Shown here: positions 1 to 12,100 of the stretch, one piece after another
Layout: every line of letters starts with the position of its first letter
Position numbering within the stretch: position 1 is the first letter of the stretch
Origin: Balanoglossus misakiensis
Taxonomy: Eukaryota; Animalia; Hemichordata
Reading direction: 5' to 3'
Length of the DNA stretch: 64,000 bases
Assembly: GCA_040954595.2 (NCBI GenBank)
Contig: CM082584.2
Location: 7,831,919-7,895,918 of the forward strand
The notes under the pieces: generated by a model
Told to the model about the DNA's origin: nothing
Database searches by the model: none
What the model saw: only the letters and a program-made list of their open reading frames with translations
Program-made: the position numbers and the translations under genes

Positions 1-121
1 GCCACTTCGTCCTCCAATGCCTCTGGTGGTAGATACACCCTAGCCATTCTCTTCTGATGGTTCACCCCATACTCATCATCTTCATCTAGATCATCAAGTC
101 TCATTTTCTTCAGTCCATAAT
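1..121 (-). CDS. rGC exon 12 (partial): DYGLKKMRLDDLDEDDEYGVNHQKRMARVYLPPEALEDEV
   Basis: CAG acceptor at 122-124; phase 1 completes GAT (D of DYG); YLPPE sits at the kinase APE-equivalent position. Confidence 0.9.
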
Positions 122-3100
122 CTGTATAACATAATATGTGTGAGGTCCCTATTATTCGTATGAACTAAATTACATTGTGTACATGCTGTGGTTTTGAAAT
201 CAAAGCTGCAACAAGAGTAATCTTTACAAAGGTTGGCCTGGTAACAGTGTCTGCTCACAAACCTGTATAAAAGCCAGTAAAGAAATATACATGTACAAGA
301 ACTAATCCTGAAACAAACCATGAGGGGCAAAACTGGGCTCGATGCAGTTACCATGGAAACCACTACCAGGAACCAAGGTCAGGCTCAAAATTCAGAAGGT
401 CAATGTCCTCACCTGATACTTTGACAACCCATCTGTCATCAATGATGCAGTTATTCGACTTGAGATGGCCGTGCGGTAATTTGTGCTGGTGCAGATACGC
501 CATAGCACGGGCGACGTCGGCACAAAATGAAAATCTGTACAGAAAAGAAAAATTTGTGCTTATATGTAGTTTCATTCTCAAGAACTGTCACAACATCTTT
601 TTCAAAATCTATAATATCCAAGATGATGTAAATTACTAAAAATTGAACGAATGTGAGGAAGACCAAACTGACTTATTTTTCATAAACTTTCAGATCTCGA
701 CTTGTCTAGACACATATATCAGGTAACATTATACCGGCACAATTTGCAGATCAATTTTCTCGCAGTTGAAATCATTTCAAATAGATTTACGTGTAATCGG
801 AACCATGCGAGCTCTTAATACTAGTAGTTTTTGTGTGTCTTGCACATGATGCGATTTACAGATGAATATGTCATGGTGATTCATCAGAAAATATATTGCA
901 AATCACGACATGGTGTTCAACCCAGACACCACCCACAGCACTCAACATAAAACATCTATAGCTGTCTTTATTGTATTCTTTAGATTGGCACCGAACACGA
1001 GAACAAATTTTGTTCGATTAAACCGGCAACAGCGACCCATTTATGTGACTTGTATACTAATTTTTATTTCGCTCTAAATCAACATTTTACAGCAGCATTG
1101 ATAGCTAAATCAGTTTTCCAGATGTATAACACTTCACTGCACTCCCAACAGAACTTACCGGAATCCCCAGTTGAGAGGTATATCGTCATTCAACAACACA
1201 TCATTCAAACTTCCCTTGGGACAGTACTCTGTACAGATATAGAGGTTTGGCATCTCAATGCAACCGCCAATGAACTTGCAGAGATTTGGGTGACTTAGAT
1301 CCCTGCTAGAAGAGAGACGAAAAGAAACATCATTATGTGTAGAAAGTTTAAGTAAATAAAGTCACGCTCAATATTACTGACTTTGAAATCCTACAGCAAG
1401 TGATTCTGTGACTATATTCGCATAGAATCACAAGTCGAGACACACGACAGTAAAGTGGCCATGCACTTACCTCACTTGTTTGACTTCCTTGCGAACAGCT
1501 TTAGTGAGCGAGAACTGTAGCTTGGTCACTTTCTTGATGGCTATAGTTTGCCCCTTGCTGTAGAAAAACAACAACAACACTTAACTGAGAAATAACCAGG
1601 ATATGACGCAAATGATGAACATTGAACACTTGATGTGCACTAGGTTTTGTTCAAATGATTGAAAGAGAACACAGTACTCACTAGATTCCCGTCTGCGTAA
1701 AGATCTGCTTCTGCTGAGCGGCCATGGCCATACCGGCACCACTGCTGGCCGTGTCTGTCATCTTGTCAGTGCTTTTCTGCACGCTGATGACACTACCCAT
1801 GAAACCACGAATGCCAGTGTCTGTAAGACAACAAAACCATTATCAATTCCATTCACAAACAATTCTACATTCTCGATACTATGATTATGTGTTGTAATCA
1901 TGTGATCATTATTATGAATCAACAAGAAATGCGATACAAAGATTTACAAAAGCTGAGTTTGGAAATTACTTTTGACCAACTTAAGAATATCCCATGGATA
2001 GAAACATACTCACCAGGCTGTATATCATCATATGTAATGATCCAACTCTCGTCCCATAACATCTTCTGTTGTTTGATGTAGAAATACTACGATGAAATTC
2101 AAAAAGAAAAGAGTTTTGACACAGGTCTGTACAATAATGAGAGGTCAAGAGTGCTTGCTCACACAAAAAGCAGTCATGTGACTCGATCACTGCCAAACAC
2201 TGCAGAGTTTACCAACATTGTGACAATTATTACAGGTTCCTAAGCTTGCACCATGGAAAGCAGACCACCATTTTTGACAGTACAGTTTGAACGAAAATAT
2301 ACAGTTTTTGTTATTCATTCCAATATAACAGTTGCCTGGTGTTGACAAGTTACTGCAATCACCAATGCCAATTGTTTCATCGGGGATATATTTTTATTTC
2401 GCCAGACTACACCAGATCCTTTGCAGTTCCCGGCAAAACATTACATTCCATCCTTCACCCCTTGTTTCATTGTTCTCAATCCCAATCATGCTGATATAAA
2501 AACTGTTTATAAACCAACAGCGAAAGCGTTTACCGCACAAGCCCATATATATGATGCATTTGCGATATAATTAATTAAAGTGCAAGTAACGTTAAAACGT
2601 ACCAAAAGCCAAATAGACAGTGATTGCAATGGATGGTGACTTTATAAGCAATATTTGACAGAAGTGCATGTGAAATTCTTAGTTACAGTGAAAATCAGAC
2701 ATAAAATTTAGAAAGTAGAAAATGAGAAAACGGCAATGCCATGACCCCCTAGTTGGGTTAAAACACAGAGCCTGATGCAATCTTCAAAAATCACAATGCA
2801 CTGCCATGGCAACAAATACACCAAAACACAGGTGGCATTCTTTGCTTTGACAGTGACACTGCATCAAAAAGATGATTTTCTGAGCGTGGTTGTCTTGGTA
2901 ATTACAAAAGTGCCAGGATGTGCGACCTTCGTAAGGGGGTCAATCGAGGATGATTGTTAGTGTGTCAAGAAAACATTAGTGAGAAAAAGATGTGATGGTG
3001 TTCTTACCGCGTGGTGACCCTTAGAGAGAGATGTAAAAAAATGATAGGTAGCACCAAAACAGATTGAATGAGTTATGAATGAGAGAAAGAAATAAAACAC

Positions 3101-6100
3101 CAACGAACAAAATTTCTCACAAAGAAAAAATTATTTACAAAATTTGAAAAAATACATGATTTTTATCATACAACTTAGAACTAGATTTGTTCAACATGTG
3201 CGTTTTATTCTTTAAGAGAAAGGAAAAAAATAGTGAGTGCTGAGAAAAATGATGACAGCTCTAAGTGAAATTCAGGATTTTTTTTCAGTAGTTTATACGT
3301 GGAAAAATTCGTGACAGGAAAAGAAATCTGAAAACGGGCATCAAGAGAAGTGTGGAGAATATAACAGCGCCCTCTGGGGTCTGGCGTGAGCAGATTCAGG
3401 GCCAGTGTACTCACCAAAATCACTGCAATAAATATTAAAATGATCAGTATACACGCTGCAGCGATGCCTCCGATTTCTGCGGGTTCCAACGGACAAACGC
3501 CGCAGTCTTTTGGACAAATTTCACAGTCTTCGCCTCGGTCTTTCTCACAGTCGCCATTGCCACATACTATAAATAAGAAAATAATAATTGAATAATTAGA
3601 ACTTTCATCCCACTTCAAGATAGTTGACATTTATTTTTTCAAAAACCTCAGCTCGTCAAGTTGACATTTAACGATTCCCATATTAGCGTTACAACCTTGT
3701 CCGTGCCAAAGGGCATGATTAACACAATTAAGATGTCTATCCTGAAAAAGGGGTCACACACTGCTTCATCAAAACCTAAAATCTCTGAGGAATAATAATA
3801 AAACTTCTCTGGTCTGGTTTTTTTCAAGATGTGGGGCATCAAAGTCATAATTTTGCAATCAAAAATAAGTTTGGTTAATGATGGTTGAAATACAAGTTGA
3901 CTGGAAGGCAGTTTTGCGTATGCACAAATTGCATTGATATCTCGGGATTTTGAATCACTGATTACCGCGGAAACAGAGCCAAACTTGGCTCCGCAAGGAC
4001 ATCATAATTGAATATCTGGACGGAAGACCGTCAATTAGTTTCAGCCTTCAGGGCGAAACGAATCAAACTTTGCGATTATATCCTGTGGAAATAGTTAAAA
4101 CTGTGCGGTCTATCTCTATGGGTCAACACTGTCCCCCAGATGGGAGTTCTTTACTGCTCTGATGCCCTGGTGAGTTATCACTGTTATATGTACCATGGTT
4201 GTAGACTTTGGCTTAATTTGAATCAATTGGTTTGGTTCAGGACTAACAACGGATGTATGTACAAACAGCCAATATGGCAATAAAATGTAACCTTGGTGTA
4301 CATAATGCTTTTAAAGTAGCTTTATAGATGTGAAATTAAATTCAATGCATTATGAATTCACAGTGCTGTATATTTACTTCAGTTTACTCTCACGACTTGT
4401 ACACAGTAATGTATATTTAAGCAATAAAACACCCCCAGCCATGGTATATCACGAGATTTTGACCAGTTCACGACATATACGCACGAGCGATAGCGAGTGC
4501 GTATATGGAGTTGAACTGGTCAAAATCGAGTGGTATACCATGGCTGGGGGTGTTTTATTGCTATTATATTATGCCAGTATATTGAAACTTTGCATAAAAC
4601 ATTTTAAAAAGGCATTTTCTTTAACTATGATATATGACTGTGGTATATGGCTAATATATCACGGTCACGTGTCGTGTCTCGACCAATCAAATAGCGTGAT
4701 TTACACCATCAATATACTGGTATAATATAATATCAAATTTGCTGTCTCAGTAAGTGCGTTATTGCAGTCTTCTACATTATTTTTTATAAAAAGTGCTCTT
4801 CAGTGGTGACACAAGATGATTTACTGTGCGTCTATTTATTGCAACTTCAACCAGACTTCGCCATTTAATAAACAATTTTTAAAAATTAATTTTCAGTTTA
4901 TGTGACATGCATTCATATGCCACAGTGGCACCACTGGCCAAATCTGATCTGTAAAAATAACATAGTGGTGGTCTGATATTGCTAATCTGATAACAGTTTG
5001 TTGACATGCGTTTCATCACCAGTTTCCATGGTAACAAGGCATTGATACCACATTCCCATGGCAACTGATAGTATCAGTGCCCTACATATCCCCCTTCTGA
5101 GGCACAATTTGGATTTCGCATGAAGAGAATTATGCTGTCCAAATTTTTTTTGGGGGGTGGGGGTGGGGGGGGGGAGAGTTATATCACAATACCCATTTAG
5201 TGCTACTGCCTACAAATTAAACAAATCCCAGCATTCAACATTTTATTTCTAGAAGTTTCAAGCCATTTGAATCCTGAACATACCGAATATAGACACAATG
5301 TCAAAGATAAAAAATCGATGGAATTGATAAAACATCATTTACTGAGCCTGTAGCTGATCACACAGCCTTTGTTGACTTGTCATTGAAATAACTTATCACG
5401 TACTGTGAGATTGGAGGGGGGGGGGGAATCGAGTCAGAAATAAACTAGCAAAGCAGATCTAACATATGTGATTAAACATTAAAGTCCAAAATCAAAGCTA
5501 TTCTCTTTAACTTGATGGACCGACCAAATGATGCTGCTCATAAAATAAAGTTCATGTATAATTAAACATTTGTTGGTTTTCTTTGAATGGTGAGTTCATG
5601 TTTGATGGCGTTGATGAAATGAACAACTAGGCACTTCCAAATTATAAAACAATTCACAATAATGCTATTCTTTAGTAGTCAATTTACTCATTAGATTGTT
5701 TACTCCTTCACAGGGCTTGTTGCATTTTTTGTTGAAATTATCGCATTTCAATTCAATTCAACAGGCAATGCATACGAAAAAAGAGGATTACCCATTTTAG
5801 ATTTAAAGTCAACATCCTGTATTCATTAACACAGGAGATGGGCACTTTCCAATCAGTGCAGAATCCCTGCATCCAAAACACTCATTATTGAGAATCCATC
5901 GCTTTGTGCGAACGACAAGACGTGTGTTTTTGTATCGCCGAACAGTACAGCTATTCTACAAAACGAAATGAAAGATGCTCCGATAACCCAATAAAAAAAG
6001 TGTGCGCATTTGGCAATGGAACGTCGCCTTATCAATGACCATCCGCATTCAATGCTTCGACAAAGCCGAAGTACAGTCCATTGGTTGCGGTAATCCACTG

Positions 6101-9100
6101 CTATATTGAGAGGAGAATATTTTTTAAGGTTGTGCTTTGTTGGGTTTTCAGAAGGGACCGTACGTCTCTCCAATTAATGGCTCGGCCTCTGTGATTTTTT
6201 ATTACTTCTCTCCAGGCTTGTTATCTTGTCTGTAGTTAGATGTTGCAGTACTGAGTTTATGGATATACATACCGGTACATGTACTGTTTATGTACTGTTT
6301 TAAAATCTACTGTCAGTTTAGTACTCGCTATTAATCAACCTCTTATAAAACAGAAAATGGAACAACCAGCCCCTGCCCCTGGACATACAAATACCTAGAG
6401 TATGTTAACCCTATTAGAAATTGATTTGTGGGAAATGCTCGGATAGCAATTGCCCATCAGTGGTGGGGTAGGGGTAATTCTCCTCAAATACCCTTCAACT
6501 TATCGTCTTATGTGCATGTGCCAATTAACGCACATGCACATAAGATGATCGTTGGCCTTTAAATTTGACACATTTTTTTCAGCTCACAATTATTATCTGC
6601 AGTACACAAGACCTATCATGTTAGCTCCAGGATACAGCATTATAACTGGAGCAGATCCAATTGGATTTTGCCGTCGCACAAAGACTGATTCAGAATTCCC
6701 TCCGGGGAATAACCCTGCATTTATGAGCATTTTGCAAAACAAATTTCCTATTGTGGTCAGGGTGTCGAGGGTGAGCCAACCTCGGAAAAGGACTTTTTTT
6801 CAGCAACCGAACAAACAAAAAGGTGTTTTACCCAGAGTTTAACGAACGAAACGTTTCGCACGTAACTCACCCGACCGAAGGTGAACGACCACCTCACCGG
6901 GCCAGGAAGTCCCATTGTCGCAGAGCACCAAAATCAAAACAACAAAAGTCAAAATCCGTCCCACCCCACCCCCAACCAAAATCCACCTGTTGCGACAAGT
7001 TACGATGACGGCAGCACGTCGGCCATCAGCACTCCATCAAAGAAAACCTAGCCCCAGGATAAATTCACCGACACGTAATGTTAGCAATTACGATGACTAT
7101 TATGCTTTGATCATCTTTAAAGATTCCTCCAAGCATGAGATGTTGTTCACCTGTATTGTTGACACACTCTCATTGGCCGACAAACTATTTTGACGTTTAT
7201 GGAGAGAAAGAGACACAAAATTTAAGGACTTATCAATACAATCAGTGAATCAGAGACAAGGTTGCCTGCCGTCTGTTGGCAACACATCAAATAATTACTT
7301 TCATGACAGAAAATGTTGGTTGATACGAAAAGGTTTATCATGGTAGTATTATTTTTTTCCATAGTAACATATGCGAGTTGAGTTGTAACAACTGATGACT
7401 AAGTGTAGTGTACTAAACAAAACACAAAATTAATGATACAAGTGAAAAAGTTTTCAACTTTTGTACTTTTCATGGTGTATGAGTCAACTGACTGATTTTA
7501 TTGCTCCTACCTGTGGAACGGAGTTCGCGAAGTACACTTTGACAAGGCCTGATTAGAACAGACATGCACTTTAATAAGCACTGGCTTTCGCTTCCAGATG
7601 TCACTTTAACAATCTGTGCGGTTCAAGAGGTAAATACACATCAGGCTTTTACAATCCAATGCACTTTAATCCTTTGTGTAATTGGCGATTTGCTCTTAAT
7701 TTTCCAGCTTGTAGGTCACGGACAACTCAATAACTTGAATGCTATTGATTCGAGACAACACTCAATTTGCGAGTCAATCTTCTCTTTTTGATGACTTGAA
7801 TTCGTTAGAAACGATAAGTACACCAATTAAGACTAGTGTGTCCCAATTTCAACTCTCGAAAGCTGGACTAAAAGTGAGGCGAATGAAAACATACGAACGA
7901 ACGAACGAACGACACCAATCTGGGACATTAAACCACCCGACTCAGACTCCGAAATCCTCCACAGCACAACTTAATATTTCCTGATTACAGATCATTATGG
8001 ATGTTTGAAAGAAAATTCTAACCATCATAAAACTCAGTCGCACATTACGTGCAGGGGCACACTCCCCCCTGTGCCAATTTACACCTGGGAGGCCTGTTAT
8101 CGCCAAATAGCACACCCTGGCATTTCGGCTCGTTACAGTAAAGATCTATTTCACTCACCGTTTCAAAGTAATTGGCGAGTAAATTCTTTGACGCAGGATG
8201 TAATTTGATTTTTCTCCCTCTCGTCTAGAGGCAAGATGTATTTCTGCGATTGCTAAGTACAGCTCTTTATCAATTCCAAATTGACTTAAAAGGTTAGCGC
8301 GTCAAGCCTATTGTCAAAAGGGGGTTACTGTAAATTTAGGCCAATTTGGTTGAAGCAGGCTGCATTTTAGAGCAAAGTCGCCAAAGAAAAGACAGCATTA
8401 ACCTCTATATGCTGGAATTCACTGCTTATTCACTGACTATTCTTGTTTCATTTTCTGTGTGATTGGAAAACAAAATATTTTCTTTTGCTAGGCAAGTTCG
8501 TGTGATTACCTTTCACTGCACTGTGTACTTTTCAGGAGACGAGACTTTTTTCATCAAAAATATATTACTGATGTGATTGTGTGATATACCATGTAGTGAG
8601 CAGCAGTTTTGATCTCCCTCTCGATCAATTTCTGAGCCAGTTCATGAAAATGAAAACCACTCTATTTCGCAGTGAAGATGATATGGTAAACAGAAACCAG
8701 TTAATATTTCAAAATTTGCAAGAAGCGAATGCTATGCGTGCTGGTAGTGGGAATATCCAGGCACTTTACTTAATTAGCTACAATATCAATTAAAGAAACC
8801 ACCAGGGTGTGAATATTACTCTGGCAAGCATGATCTTCAATCAAGACATTTGCCACAAACTTGTAGACCAAGTTTAATAAGAACCACAGATTGCCTCCAA
8901 GCCCCATGGGCTACACTTCCATGCATTTTTCATTTCAGAGGATATCATTGACCCTTGCGGTAATAGCAGTTCTTGGAAAGATTTCAAAGTGCACTGATTA
9001 ACGACCAAACGATTACGGTTCAATTGTTAAAAACGTGCAGCCAGCAACCATGACATTGTGTAACAAAAAAAAACCTATTACTTTCTGAAATCAGTAGATA

Positions 9101-12100
9101 TTTCCCTGTGGAATGAATACATTGATCGCTAAGGGCTATTATCTCACCATCTTACTAATGGCGCAGTTACAATTATTTCATTATCATCTATAATTGATTG
9201 TAATTATCATTATCTGCTGATGCTTACACAACATCATGTAATTGTCATCAGCTGTGTACCTTCACAATTAAAAGCTACATAACCCCGGTTAATTAAAGGG
9301 CCGCTCTCTATAACTTCTGGCTATTTTTCAGAATCTTTGCTTCGCGCATCAACTACCGCGACTTTCTTGTTCTCCTCCTCATAGTATCCCAACATGCTCA
9401 GTTCTCTGCTTGTCAACAATGTGTATTTGTATCGAACATTGTTATTGTTGACAAACTGTAACACATTTCACATTGATTGTGCTACGTAGAGAAGATAAGC
9501 ACTGCACATTTTAACCCTGCCTCAACTACTTTTATGCTTTTACAGCTATCCCTATGCATTAACATATTAAAAAAGGTCCATGACATTACTATAATTATAA
9601 ATTCTTGAGAGTCAATATTTTCCGGAATTTAACCTCAATCAACAAATTTATTACAATGTAAGCTTTCAAATTCCCTTTTCAAATATGTACTCTTTTGTTT
9701 CAATGATACCGTTAAGTGCAATTAAACCAACAAGTAATTACTACTTTCAATGGTTCTCACCAAATTACCCATTCACTTCATTTCACGCTAGTGTACCCCC
9801 ATCTGTGGTAATTGCATTAATATTAGCTTAGTTGCCACGGGTTTTTGGATGTCTCTTTCATCAAACAATGTGCAAACAGATCACGGAGCATATGAATATT
9901 GGATGACTTTATAATTGTAAATGGATTCAGGTAATTAAGCCGTCGGTATTGATGGTGCCCGTTTTTTCTGTTTGCTGTTGAAGTGATACAGAATCCTGTA
10001 CAGCACTCCTGCAATCTAACTTGTTGGCTATATACTGTTCTCATGTAGAGGCTCTTTTCCATATGGGGCACGCATTTTCCTAGCTCTCATAGAACTGTAT
10101 ATAAACAGTAGCACATCTGATTTGTATAAGTAAAATGTGGCTGACACACAGAGCGATGGTTCAAGTTTCAACATCTTTTGTTGTCCTGGCAACCAACTCA
10201 GCTGCATCTCTGAACATAATCCCCCCCCCCACCAAAAAAGAGATTCACTTGAAGCAAAATCTTACTAGTAGACAACCAGTTGTTGACGGCAGTGATAACA
10301 AGGGCAGAATTGTGTCATTGTCTTCTTTTGTTATAAAGAACCAACAATTGCAAGAAAGAGCAGATTAAAAAAAGTACAATCCTCGCGAACAGGGCAGTCA
10401 TCACTGCAGACCCATCCAGTGAATTCCGCACCGACACACAAAGAACAACCGAAGCATAACCAGAGCGCTTCTAATTTAATCGCAACAAATTGCGGTCTTC
10501 AAATAATAAGAGCGTGTTCGACAATCAATAATTTTCCACCGAGCTGACACGGGAGTTTGGCGACACATAAAAGGAACATTTTATTGTGCACCGCAGAAAG
10601 ACAGGCAGGCACTGGAGGGTTTCTTGCTGGGTAGTTCAAAGAACCTTGGGGTGGATTTTTCTTTGCTTTTTCCCCTGGTAGTCCGTAGATGAGAAAAAGT
10701 TTTGGCCGGCACTCTTGTGAAATTACTCATGACAGACAGAAGTAATTCTGAACTCTCTTGTATTTTAGAGAATTTTTTTCATCTAGTTTCAGCATTTCTA
10801 TCCTGCTTTTTCAATATCTTCAAGTAGGCGTACCATCAGACGACAGAATCTTTTGGCCTTTGACCTTGATGAAAGGGTTTGAAAGGTTTAATCAGGTGGT
10901 TTGTCGTGGTTTGGCCATAATTTCTGTGATAACGTGAACTCCACCCTGTCCTGCAGCATGTTCTCAGCATTATATTTTTTATAGTTCACAAACAACAAAC
11001 TACCTGTAATCTTTAGTGTCGTTCACACTGGCAACTGAGTCTGGACTAGTTTTGGCCCGTGTCCATTCTTGATTGAATCCTGAATCTGGGACAAGAAACG
11101 AACAGTGACAAATGTGCCGTCTTGGCATTTCACTCCAGAAAGCTGTCAGACTCGTTTGATTCCCTTCACTCCTCCCCGAGTAATTACAACCGCGGTGCTG
11201 GCTTAACTGCTGAGCCCAAGCTTTAGGTTTAAATTACGAGACAAAACTGGCAACACCTGGCTAATTATAGACTCTGAGGCACTAGCATGTCCTCAGGTCA
11301 CCCATAGCTCCTCTGTGCGACGAGTGTAACTTACGACCAGCGTGGTCTATAGCTTGAATTGACTGTCAGCAGCCGCGTGCACTCATATTGACATATATGA
11401 TCCCCCACCCCCCAAACAAAGAAATTTCAACAGTGGTGTGTACATTGGGGGATCAATGAAAGTGCCAAAGTGTGCAATTTGTTTCCATACATGGCAAAAC
11501 AAACAATACACGTACATGCATGTCTACTGATGCGTGCCGGTATACACATACGTCCTAAGCAGTAACATGTCAAAATCACTAAATAATCACCTCAAAATGC
11601 GTGTGAAATTGCTCAACTATGACCGAGGCATTTTTGATAAGCATTCATGAAGTCATTCAGAGTCAATTCAGTGCAGCTGTTATAGCCAAGAAGTCTTTAA
11701 AGACCACTGTAGGAAGAAACAGTCTATGTAACCTATGTTTAATTGCTTTCTGTTACCATGGTGACACTCTAGTTCACTCTTCTCAGTATAACTAAATGAC
11801 AATCCCGTCTATTTTTTTTCTGCAGACGATCACCTGATGATAATCACAGTTTTAAACTCAGCATCAACTTTTACACAGCCCTATTTTTTTTTTCCTGTCA
11901 ACGGTTGTCAGAAAAATAGGACACGTAGTCTTTGAAGAGTTCATTGGTATACATCTTCAAGACCGCAGCCATTCAAGCATCAGCTAATCCCCTCGAGATG
12001 CGATGACAATAATTCCTGAGGACTGACATCATCTGATGTGGCAGTCGTCGCATCACGAAAACACTCTATAAAAAGACTTGTTTTAAAGTGCAGTACTTTA

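Noticed and set aside
3365-3378. CTCF-like motif cagcgccctctgg
   Set aside because: A single partial PWM match; not distinguishable from chance without ChIP data.
8229-8240. aggcaagatgt resembling the 5' end of miR-31
   Set aside because: Only 11 nt match and there is no hairpin partner.
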